Source: an uncultured Acidobacteriaceae bacterium
GTDB taxonomy: Bacteria; Acidobacteriota; Terriglobia; Terriglobales; Acidobacteriaceae
DNA length: 64,000 bases
Reading direction: 5' to 3'
NCBI GenBank assembly: GCA_963797255.1
Contig: CAWCOV010000041.1
Span: forward strand, 19,516 to 83,515
Part shown: one piece after another, positions 46,824 through 55,538 of the stretch
Position numbering within the stretch: the first letter of the stretch is position 1
How the letters are laid out: every line of letters begins with the position of its first letter
The notes under the pieces: generated by a model
What the model was told of the DNA's origin: nothing
Seen by the model: the letters and a program-made list of their open reading frames with translations, nothing else
The model's database searches: none
Program-made: the position numbers and the translations under genes

Positions 46824-49097
46824 TTACTTAAGGCGCGCGCCAATTTCAATGTCTTCCAGGAATCCGGCAAGAACCGGCTTGCCGTGTTCCCCGAGGGACG
46901 CAGCAACGATCATGCCATTTGACTCCAGACCTCTCATTTTGCGAGGCAGCAGGTTCGCGACGATGACGACCTTTCGTCCGACCAGCGACTCGGGCGTGTA
47001 TGCCTCGGCGATTCCTGCCAGGATCTGGCGTTGTTCGTAGCCCAGGTCCACCTCGAGGCGGAGCAGTTTGTCTGCCTTGGGTATTCGCTCGGCGACGAGG
47101 ATTTGTGCCACCCGCAACTCGACCTTCGCGAAGTCATCAATGGTGATCTTTTCGATCGTGGGAACCACTGGAGCGACGGGTGGAAGGGGCGCGGAATCTT
47201 CAGCGGATGGACCGCCCAGCAGCGCTTCACCAAGTGCAGCAGCGGCTGCGCTCGAACTGGTTGATTCCGACAGAGCCACCGCCACACCTTCAAGGGCGGA
47301 CACGAACTTCGAGGTGTGATGTGCCGAATGTTCTGTCGCGGCAGGTGCGCGCTTCGGCTTGGGCGGCGAGGGTGGCGCTTGCTCTGGCGCAGCTGTCATG
47401 TGCGCATAAGACTCGGCCGGAGATTCATCCACTTTCGGTTCGGCTGAGCTGGATTCTGACAGCGGATTGCTGTTGTTGTTCTGTTCAAGTTCCTTCATAC
47501 GATTGACCGTGTCCTTTTCCGCGCGGGGGAAAACAGGAGAAATGTCTCCCAATGTCGTGCCGGATTTCAATCCACCCCACGCAATGTTTTCGAGTTCGTA
47601 CCTTTCAATGGCGTCCCTGATCTCTCCAAGCCCCAACTGCCGCCATATCTGTGCGGTCGCGTCCGGGAGGATGGGATAGAGAAGGGCAGTGACGACGCGG
47701 ATGGATTCTGCCGCAGTGTAAAGCGTGTTGGCGACGAATTGCCGATCGTCGCTGTTGGCAAGGTCCTTCTTCCATGGCGCGGAGGCGGTCAGGAATCCGT
47801 CCACCTTGCCGATCAGATCCCAAACCAGCTCAAGCGCACGTGAGAAATTGAACTTCTCAAACTCAATGCCGAACCGCTCCACAATATCCGCGGCGTGGGT
47901 TTGAATCGACGCGTCAACACCTGTCGGCTGCGGCACGACGCCATCGAAGTATTTTCCGATCATCGTGAGCGTGCGGCTTACAAGATTGCCGTATCCGTTG
48001 GCCAGATCGGAATTGTAGCGCTGAACGAGGGCATCGAAAGAGAAGCTGCCATCGTGGCCAAATACAACTTCGCGCATCAGGAAATAGCGCAGGGCATCGG
48101 CACCGAGAACATCGAGAATCGTTTCAGCGCGAACAATGTTGCCGCGCGATTTCGACATCTTGCTCTCTTCAAACAGCAGCCATCCATGCGCCACGACGCT
48201 TTTCGGCACCGGAAGCTCTGCTGCCATCAAAAGAGCGGGCCAATACACGCAGTGAAAGCGGCTGATTTCCTTACCGATCATGTGCACGTCGGCGGGCCAG
48301 AACTTCTTGAAGTTGGAGTCGTCGCTGGTATCGTCGGTGCCGTATCCAAGAGCGGTGATGTAGTTGGCGAGAGCATCCATCCACACGTAAATGACGTGCT
48401 TCTCGTCGCCGGGAACCGGAACGCCCCAGTTGACACTGGTACGGCTGATGGAGAGATCTTTTAAGCCGCCACGTACGAAAGACAGCACTTCGTTTCGCCG
48501 GGTCTCCGGAAGGATGACGATCTTGCCTTCCTTGCTTTCCGGCTTCCCGTCAGGACCCAGGCGATTCGGATCCCAATAGACTTCAGCCAATCGTCGCTCA
48601 AACGCGGACAGCTTGAAGAAGTAGTTCTCTTCGCTCACAGTCTCTGTAATTCGCCCACAGTCCGGGCAGGGAGATCCCGGAGGAGCATCCACGTACAACT
48701 CGTCAAACACGCAATATTGGCCGGTGTAGGTGCCCTTATAGACGAAGCCCTTGTCGTGAAGCACGGTGAACAGCTTCTGCACGCCGCGAAGGTGACGCTC
48801 CTCCGTCGTGCGAATGAAGTCGTCGTAACTCAGGTTCATCCGGTCCCACAGCGAGCGAAACTGCGCGGAAACGGTTGCGGCAAATTCAGCTGGGCTGCAG
48901 TTCGCCGCTTGAGCCGAGCGCTCGATCTTCTGGCCGTGTTCGTCTGTCCCGGTCAGGAATCGCGTCTCAAAGCCAAGCGCCCGTTTGCGGCGACAGATGG
49001 CGTCAGACACCACTGTTGTATAGGTGTGGCCGAGGTGGGGCCGGGCGTTGACATAGTAAATCGGTGTCGTGAGATAGAACCTGGGTTTGCTGGGCAT
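46824..49097 (-). CDS. metG: methionine--tRNA ligase with C-terminal tRNA-binding (Trbp111/EMAP-like) domain and a long low-complexity linker
   Basis: PIYYVNARPHLGHTYT (HIGH region), CPDCG knuckle, KMSKSRGN. C-terminal DFAKVELRVAQILVAERIPKADKLLRLEVDLG. ATG 49097 chosen. Confidence 0.9.
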   Translation of the reverse strand: MPSKPRFYLTTPIYYVNARPHLGHTYTTVVSDAICRRKRALGFETRFLTGTDEHGQKIERSAQAANCSPAEFAATVSAQFRSLWDRMNLSYDDFIRTTEERHLRGVQKLFTVLHDKGFVYKGTYTGQYCVFDELYVDAPPGSPCPDCGRITETVSEENYFFKLSAFERRLAEVYWDPNRLGPDGKPESKEGKIVILPETRRNEVLSFVRGGLKDLSISRTSVNWGVPVPGDEKHVIYVWMDALANYITALGYGTDDTSDDSNFKKFWPADVHMIGKEISRFHCVYWPALLMAAELPVPKSVVAHGWLLFEESKMSKSRGNIVRAETILDVLGADALRYFLMREVVFGHDGSFSFDALVQRYNSDLANGYGNLVSRTLTMIGKYFDGVVPQPTGVDASIQTHAADIVERFGIEFEKFNFSRALELVWDLIGKVDGFLTASAPWKKDLANSDDRQFVANTLYTAAESIRVVTALLYPILPDATAQIWRQLGLGEIRDAIERYELENIAWGGLKSGTTLGDISPVFPRAEKDTVNRMKELEQNNNSNPLSESSSAEPKVDESPAESYAHMTAAPEQAPPSPPKPKRAPAATEHSAHHTSKFVSALEGVAVALSESTSSSAAAAALGEALLGGPSAEDSAPLPPVAPVVPTIEKITIDDFAKVELRVAQILVAERIPKADKLLRLEVDLGYEQRQILAGIAEAYTPESLVGRKVVIVANLLPRKMRGLESNGMIVAASLGEHGKPVLAGFLEDIEIGARLK

Positions 49098-49261
49098 GAG
49101 CCTTCGAGAAGCACTTCGCGCAACGCGGATTTCTTTATCAATCTTAGGGGCAGGGCGGAGGAGCGTCAAACCGGGATTGGTGTGGATAAGGCCCGTGACT
49201 CTGCTAAAATCAGCAACAAAATCAGCTATTTCCGCGCGCGAGAACGCGCAGGCCAGAGTGG

Positions 49262-51299
49262 GTGGTCCGAGTGTATCTACAGCAGCAAAGCATTCTCGAG
49301 GAGCGGGTACGCTCCGTCCTCAAATCAAAATACGATCTGGATATCGCTAATCTCGTGATCGAACAGCCACCCGAGATTCGCTTCGGAGAATACGCTCTGC
49401 CCGTGGCGTTTGAGCTGGCAAAGCGCCTGAAGAAGGCCCCGCGCAAAATTGCTGAGGAACTGGTCGTGGAGCTTGCTCCGCTGCCGGGATTTGCATCGTT
49501 TGAGGTGGCAGGAGCGGGCTACATCAACGCTCGTCTGGATCGAGCTGCCGCACTCGAATCGGTGGCACGCGACAAGAGCGGAACGGCACCATCAGGACTT
49601 CATGTTTTAGTTGAGCATACGAGCATTAACCCCAACAAAGCAGCACACGTAGGGCACTTGCGAAATGCCATCCTGGGCGACACGTTTGTGCGGCTTTTGC
49701 GCGCAGATGGGCGGAAGGTAGACGTCCAGAATTACATCGACAACACCGGCGTGCAGGTGGCCGATGTGGTGGTTGGGCTTCAGCATCTTGAGAAGCTCTC
49801 GAAGAGCGAGGTAAGGGGTCTGCTTTCGGTGCTTCGGGATCGTGGCGAGCGCGTGGATTTCTACTGCTGGGATCTGTACGCGCGAGTGTCTGCCTGGTAC
49901 GAGCAGGGCAGCGACGAGGAGAAGAAGGCAAAAAAGAAAATTCGGCTGGACACATTGCACCAGTTGGAAGAAGGCGGAAACGAGACATCGGAGATCGCCG
50001 AGACTCTTTCGACTGCCGTTCTGCGCCGGCATTTGGAGACGATGCTTCGGCTCGACATCGAGTACGATTTGCTGCCCCGCGAAAGCGAGATCCTGCACTT
50101 GGATTTCTGGGATCTTGCCTTCGAGCAACTGAAGGCGAAGGGCGTGCTTTACTTCGAGACCGAAGGCAAGAACAAGGGTTGTTGGGTGATGACTCGTGGT
50201 GGCCGCACGGGCCCCGAGCTTCGCGTGCCTGACGCCGAAAACGATGATAACGATCAGGAGCATGAGGAGAGCGGTCCGGACGAGGATGCAAAGGTGATTG
50301 TGCGCTCGAACGGGACCGTGACTTATGTGGGGAAGGACATTGCTTATCATCTCTGGAAATTTGGCCTGCTCGGCCGGGATTTTGGATACAAGCCGTTCTT
50401 TGAATATTCCGACCGTGAGTGCTGGATTTCGGATGAGGTCGGTGTGCCCGAACATCCCCACTTCGGCGGCGCACAGGCGATCTACAACGTAATCGACAGC
50501 CGCCAGTCCGATCCGCAAAGTAACGTGATTGAGGCGCTGCGTGGGCTTGGCTATACGGCTGAGGCAGACAGATACACGCATTTCTCCTACGAAATGGTGG
50601 CGCTGACGCCGCGCTGCGCGCTCGAACTCGGTTACGAGGTTGCGGAAGCGGATCGCGCGAAGGCCATTCATTGAGGTGTCGGGGCGCAAAGGTTTCGGCG
50701 TGAAGGCCGACGACCTGCTGGATAAGCTGATTGAGGCGACGCAGAGGGAAGTAGACAGCCGCCAGCCGGAGCGGGACCTGGATGAGCGCGAACGGATCGC
50801 GAACGAGATCGCTGTCGGCGCATTGCGCTACTTCATGTTGAAATACACCCGGAATTCCATCATTGCCTTCGACTTCAAGGATGCGTTGAGTTTTGAGGGC
50901 GAGACCGGGCCTTACGTTCAGTACGCGGTGGTTCGGGCAAGGAACATCTTCCGCAAGGCTGGGACTACTGCGGAGGCAGTTCTGGACGCATTTACCGCTG
51001 ACGGCACGGGAGCCTATCTTGCGGAGGAAGGCGCGGAAGATATCTGGTCGCTCTGGCTGCGCGCCTCAAAGACGGCGTTGTTGCTGGAACAATGCATCCA
51101 GACCGCCGAGCCGGCGTACCTGGCAAAACATGCCTTCCAGATGGCGCAGGACTTCAACAACTTCTATCACCGTCACCATATCCTGACCGAGGAAGATGCT
51201 GGAAAGAAGCAGCTTCTTTTGGCTACGGCCGCGGTTGCCCAACGTGAGTTGATTCGCGTATTGGGTTGGCTGGGAATCAAGGCACCCGAGGTCATGTAG
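49262..51299 (+). pseudogene. argS: arginine--tRNA ligase interrupted by a +1 frameshift near 50662-50665 (or a sequencing error)
   Basis: The first ORF carries SINPNKAAHVGHLRNAILGD (HIGH-like) and stops at 50672-50674. The second frame continues FIEVSGRKGFGVKADDL and ends with the DALR anticodon-binding domain. The span is 3n+1. Confidence 0.85.
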
Positions 51300-51315
51300 C
51301 CCATCTTGCGGCGTT

Positions 51316-52374
51316 CTAAGGCAGAGGTTTTCCCGCCGCCAGCATTTGGCCGAGAATCTGTTGATTGTACTGACGGACTCCATCTGGCAGTGGCGCATAA
51401 CCCATGTTATTTGCGGTCGTTTGCCCATCAGAGATGATGTATAGGATGAACTTTTTTAAGGCCGCCCGCTTGGCGGGATTGTCGCCATCTTTTGGCAAGA
51501 TGAGGAATGTGAGCCCGGAAATGGGATACGCATTCGCCGCAGTGGCAGGAGGATCAACAATGGGGATTCTGGGATCCTTGGATAGCTGGGCGCTGAAAGC
51601 CTCGATTGCTGCTGTAGCTCCCGCCGTAGTGCCCTCGACGTAATTGCCAGCCTTGTTCTTGATCTGCGCAACCGGCAGCTTGTTTTGCTGCGCATAGGTC
51701 AATTCAACGTAGCCAATGGCACCGGGTGTTTGCCGGACCTGTCCGGTAACGCCCTCACTGCCTTTGCCACCCAGCCCGAGAGGCCAATTGACGGCTGTCG
51801 CCGCGCCGACCTGCTTAGCCCAGTCAGGGCTCACGGCGGCGAGATAGGTGGTGAAAATGGCGGTGGTGCCGCTGCCGTCGGCACGGTGGGCCACGGCGAT
51901 CTGCTGCTTGGGCAGGGATACGCCGGGATTATCCTGCGCAATGGCGGGATCCTGCCAGTCAGTGATCTTGCCGAGGTAGATTCTCGCAAGCACATCTCCG
52001 GAGATACGCAGAGGCTGCTGAAGGCCGGGAATGTTGTAAGTAATGCAGACCGGGCCGGCACTCTCAGGAATTTGCAGCACCGGGGGCATTCCCTTGAGCT
52101 TTTCGTCACTCAGCGCAGCATCGGAAGCGCCAAAATCGACGGTGCCCTTCTTTACCTGCTCGATTCCGCCGCCCGATCCGATGGATTGGTAATTGATCCG
52201 AACATCCTGGTTGACCTCGTGGTAGTTGGCAATCCAACGAGTCATGATGGGATACACAAAAGAGCTGCCGGCCCCGGACAGTTGAACATTTTTCGAGCTA
52301 TTGCAGGCGCCTAGACCTCCGAGCGTAAGCGTAAGGAGGAGTGTGAGGCTGCGATGCAAACGTCTGGATGGCAT
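51316..52374 (-). CDS. pstS: phosphate ABC transporter substrate-binding protein PstS (no pstCAB adjacent)
   Basis: Signal peptide with GACNSS lipobox-like site. GAGSSFVYPIMTRW, GSGGGI and ADGSGTT motifs. Confidence 0.85.
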   Translation of the reverse strand: MPSRRLHRSLTLLLTLTLGGLGACNSSKNVQLSGAGSSFVYPIMTRWIANYHEVNQDVRINYQSIGSGGGIEQVKKGTVDFGASDAALSDEKLKGMPPVLQIPESAGPVCITYNIPGLQQPLRISGDVLARIYLGKITDWQDPAIAQDNPGVSLPKQQIAVAHRADGSGTTAIFTTYLAAVSPDWAKQVGAATAVNWPLGLGGKGSEGVTGQVRQTPGAIGYVELTYAQQNKLPVAQIKNKAGNYVEGTTAGATAAIEAFSAQLSKDPRIPIVDPPATAANAYPISGLTFLILPKDGDNPAKRAALKKFILYIISDGQTTANNMGYAPLPDGVRQYNQQILGQMLAAGKPLP

Positions 52375-52456
52375 GGTCGCTCCTTGGTGCCGATATGCTT
52401 TGACGGAATCTCAGGGTTGAATGACCGTCGATTCCCGAATAACTATAAATTCAAAT

Positions 52457-52490
52457 GACATGCGGCGCATGCCGACATCGGTCGACATCG
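52457..52490. promoter_or_regulatory. GACAT(C/G) direct repeats upstream of pstS (candidate response-regulator site)
   Basis: GACATCG at 52474-52480 and 52484-52490 (10-bp period), plus GACATGC at 52457-52463. These lie 85-115 bp upstream of the pstS start, in the divergent region shared with the DJ-1 gene. Confidence 0.3.
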
Positions 52491-52571
52491 ATTTTCTATG
52501 GCAACGTGATGCGGTTGGAGTGCCTCCTATCCACTGGCAGTTTTCTGTCTGGACGAAGTGGAGGAAATGAA

Positions 52572-53138
52572 ATGCAGCAGCATGTGTTGAGAGGGAAGAG
52601 GGTCGCGATCGTTGCGACGGATGGCTTTGAGCAACTCGAATTGACAGAGCCCAAGCGTGCTCTGGAAGAGGCTGGAGCCATCGTGGACGTTGTCTCAATT
52701 AACCCGGGAAAGATTCAGGGTATGAACCACATGGACCAGGGCGACAGGATCAAGGTAGATAAGACGATCGACCAGGCGAATCCACGGGACTATGACAACC
52801 TGGTCCTTCCGGGCGGCGTCGCCAATCCCGATCGACTCCGCACTGACAGGAAAGTCGTCGCGTTTGTGAAGTCATTCTTCGATGCAGGAAAGCCGGTGGC
52901 TGCGATCTGTCACGGTCCCTGGACTTTGATCGAGGCTGGCGCGGTGAACGGGCGGACATTGACGTCGTGGCCGTCATTGCAGACCGACCTGAGAAACGCC
53001 GGCGCGAACTGGGTGGACGAAGAGGTTGTGGTGGATCAGGGGCTCATAACCAGCCGAAATCCCGACGATATTCCCAAATTCAATGAGCAAATGATCAAGG
53101 AGTTTGGAGCGAGCCGGGTGTGGAAGGCCGCTAGTTAA
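52572..53138 (+). CDS. DJ-1/PfpI family protein
   Basis: GGAGGAAA precedes ATG 52572. KRVAIVATDGFEQLEL and nucleophile elbow AAICHGPW. Confidence 0.85.
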   Translation: MQQHVLRGKRVAIVATDGFEQLELTEPKRALEEAGAIVDVVSINPGKIQGMNHMDQGDRIKVDKTIDQANPRDYDNLVLPGGVANPDRLRTDRKVVAFVKSFFDAGKPVAAICHGPWTLIEAGAVNGRTLTSWPSLQTDLRNAGANWVDEEVVVDQGLITSRNPDDIPKFNEQMIKEFGASRVWKAAS

Positions 53139-53152
53139 TCGATCGCAGAGCA

Positions 53153-53197
53153 CGAAAGAAAAGGGCGCATCCGTGATGGATGCGCCCTTCGCGGTTT
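53153..53197. terminator. bidirectional intrinsic terminator
   Basis: Perfect 12-bp stem AAGGGCGCATCC (53161-53172) / GGATGCGCCCTT (53178-53189), loop GTGAT, A-rich upstream. It lies between convergent genes. Confidence 0.7.
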
Positions 53198-53202
53198 AGA
53201 GG

Positions 53203-54714
53203 CTATTTGGAGTAGGTGCGAACCCACTCGACGATGCTGCGAACCGCAGTTCCAGAGGGTCCCTTCGCGATCCAGGGCTTCTGCTCTTCCATCCATGCAA
53301 CGCCCGCGATATCGAGGTGGATCCAAGGCGTGTCTTCCGCAAATTCCTTCAGGAACATGGCCGCGGTGATTGCTCCACCATAACGCCCGCCAGTATTCAT
53401 GATGTCGCCAATGTGCGATCGGATCTGTTCCTTGTACTCCTCTTCGACCGGAAGACGCCAGAAGCGCTCGCCGGAGGTAGTAAGTGCGGTGGAGAAGTGC
53501 TGGTAGGTATCGTCGTCGTTGGAAAAGATACCCGCGTTCGTTGTACCGAGCGCGACGACACATGCACCGGTGAGAGTGGCTGCGTCAATCAGATGGGTGG
53601 CTCCGAGCTGCCGGGCGTAGGTAAGGCCGTCGGCGAGTACCATGCGCCCCTCGGCGTCGGTATTGATGATCTCGATTGCTTTGCCCGACTTGGCGATGAT
53701 GACGTCTCCTGGCTTGTAAGCCGTGCCGGAGGGCATATTTTCTGCCGCGCAGACAACGGAGATGACCTTCACCTTTGGCTTGAGAGCGGCGATGGCGCGC
53801 ATGGCTCCGATCATGGAGGCTCCGCCGGCCATGTCGTACTTCATCTTTTCCATGCCTTCGGAGGGCTTGATGGAGATGCCGCCAGTGTCAAAGGTAATGC
53901 CCTTGCCGACCAGCCCGAGTACGGGTTCCGCTGGAGCCCCTTCCGGCTCATAGGTCATAACGATGAGCGCAGGGGGTTCGGCCGATCCCTGGGAGACGGC
54001 CCAGAAAGCCCCCATCTTCTCGTCGTGCAGTTTTTCTGTGCTGAATACCTCGCACTTAATGCCGGCTTCCTTGCACATCTCTGCTGCTCTTTTACCAAGG
54101 ATCGTCGGAGTCATCTTATTGCCGGGCTCATTGACCAGGGAGCGGGTAAAGTTCTGCGACTCGCCGAGAATGACCCCCTCGGCGTATCCAGCACTGACCT
54201 CGGTTTGGTTGGTGCCAGCCGGGCTGAGGATGGAGAGATTCTGGATGCTCTGGTCCTTACGGTCTGAGCGGTAAGTGTCCGGATCGAAGTCCCCGACCAG
54301 CGCGCCTTCGACGGCTGCGCGGGCGGTTTCGTGTGGCGCGAAAGATTCTCCGGAAGGAAGGACAATCGTGAGTTCGCGGATCGAGCGGGGCTTGGCGAAG
54401 CGAACGGCGGTGCCTGCTCCCTTGCGAACATCGTGGACGGACGCTTTCGCCTTCTTGCCCAATCCCACGATCAGGAGACGGCTGGCCTTCAGGCCGGCGG
54501 GAGCGTGGAGGAGGATGGTCTCAGAGGCGGCTGCCTTGAATTCTCCACTGGCCAGTGCGGATTTGGCGGCTGAAAGCAGGGCTGCGTCCTCGGTAATAAG
54601 GACGGGGTCCGCTTTTGCATTTGGCTCTTTTGAGGTTTGTTGATCGGCGGCAAAGACGACGAGGAGTTCTGTGGTGGCTTTCGCCGCTTCGTTCTGGAGC
54701 AGTTGTGTCTTCAT
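53203..54714 (-). CDS. pepA: leucyl aminopeptidase (M17)
   Basis: 503 aa. GKGITFDTGGISIKP and NTDAEGRMVLAD signatures. Confidence 0.9.
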   Translation of the reverse strand: MKTQLLQNEAAKATTELLVVFAADQQTSKEPNAKADPVLITEDAALLSAAKSALASGEFKAAASETILLHAPAGLKASRLLIVGLGKKAKASVHDVRKGAGTAVRFAKPRSIRELTIVLPSGESFAPHETARAAVEGALVGDFDPDTYRSDRKDQSIQNLSILSPAGTNQTEVSAGYAEGVILGESQNFTRSLVNEPGNKMTPTILGKRAAEMCKEAGIKCEVFSTEKLHDEKMGAFWAVSQGSAEPPALIVMTYEPEGAPAEPVLGLVGKGITFDTGGISIKPSEGMEKMKYDMAGGASMIGAMRAIAALKPKVKVISVVCAAENMPSGTAYKPGDVIIAKSGKAIEIINTDAEGRMVLADGLTYARQLGATHLIDAATLTGACVVALGTTNAGIFSNDDDTYQHFSTALTTSGERFWRLPVEEEYKEQIRSHIGDIMNTGGRYGGAITAAMFLKEFAEDTPWIHLDIAGVAWMEEQKPWIAKGPSGTAVRSIVEWVRTYSK

Positions 54715-54744
54715 ATCCCTCTCTTGATTTTGGTTCGATCCGGT

Positions 54745-55281
54745 CTACCTGGCGAGTTTTCCCTTGCTGTGCGCGATGGCTGAGCGAGCTTCCTTGTCCG
54801 CTTCCCGCCGACGCTCCGTCTCGCGTTTGTCCCAGTCCTGTTTTCCCTTGGCAATTGCCAACTCGCACTTGACCTTGCCATTCTTAAAGTAGAGCCGGGT
54901 AGGGATGAGCGTATGTCCCTTGATCTGCGTCTTTCCAAATAGCTTCCGCACCTCGTCCCGATGAAGCAGCAGCTTTCGGGTACGAAGGGCATCGTGATTG
55001 GAGATATTTCCGTGAGAATAGGGGCCGATATGGACATTCAGCAGGAAGGCCTCTCCATTGCTGATGATTCCATAGGAATCCCTGAGATTGGCCTTGCCCT
55101 CGCGGATGGATTTGACCTCGGTGCCGCGCAGGGCAACTCCAGCTTCGAACTTTTCCAGCAGAAAATAGTTGTGACTGGCGGCGCGATTGACGGCAGCATC
55201 ACGCGTCCCAGCGGCGACAGGGTCTCGCGGCTTGGGTTTCTGCGGAACGTTCTCGGTGGAATGGCTGGATTGGCGTGGCAT
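54745..55281 (-). CDS. smpB: SsrA-binding protein SmpB (with about 25-aa N-terminal extension)
   Basis: GTEVKSIREGKANLRDSYG, RTRKLLLHRDEV, LIPTRLYFKNGKVKCELAIAKGK. Confidence 0.9.
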   Translation of the reverse strand: MPRQSSHSTENVPQKPKPRDPVAAGTRDAAVNRAASHNYFLLEKFEAGVALRGTEVKSIREGKANLRDSYGIISNGEAFLLNVHIGPYSHGNISNHDALRTRKLLLHRDEVRKLFGKTQIKGHTLIPTRLYFKNGKVKCELAIAKGKQDWDKRETERRREADKEARSAIAHSKGKLAR

Positions 55282-55538
55282 ACGATCCGAGCTTCAATGC
55301 TAGCACGCAAGGGAGGTGCTTCTCAGGCCCGGCGCAACACCCGTGGATGCAATGCTATAATCGCCCAACAGCGGCAGTTCAAACGCGTCGCTTTCGTTGG
55401 CTCTCGCTCAAACTTTGGTATGGAGTTTTGCCTGAATTTTTCTAGTCCATTTACCTTAGAAGCCGAGTGCGCTGACTCACCGGTTTTCTGCGGGAAACCA
55501 GTGCTCTCCCAGGAACAGCCCTGCCACTTTGGAGCTCG

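Noticed and set aside
49262-51299. Possibility that argS is genuinely encoded as two polypeptides, or uses programmed frameshifting.
   Set aside because: The break lies within the catalytic core, just before the SGRKG loop. The second ORF has no independent SD, and no slippery heptamer or stimulatory structure is evident. A single-base indel explains it fully.
55282-55538. Looked for an ssrA (tmRNA) gene or other RNA next to smpB. Also noted a TATAAT hexamer (55363-55368) and a CAATGCTA direct repeat.
   Set aside because: There is no tRNA-like acceptor/T-arm ending in CCA, no tag-reading-frame context, and no convincing -35 partner for the TATAAT. The 8-mer repeat alone is weak evidence.
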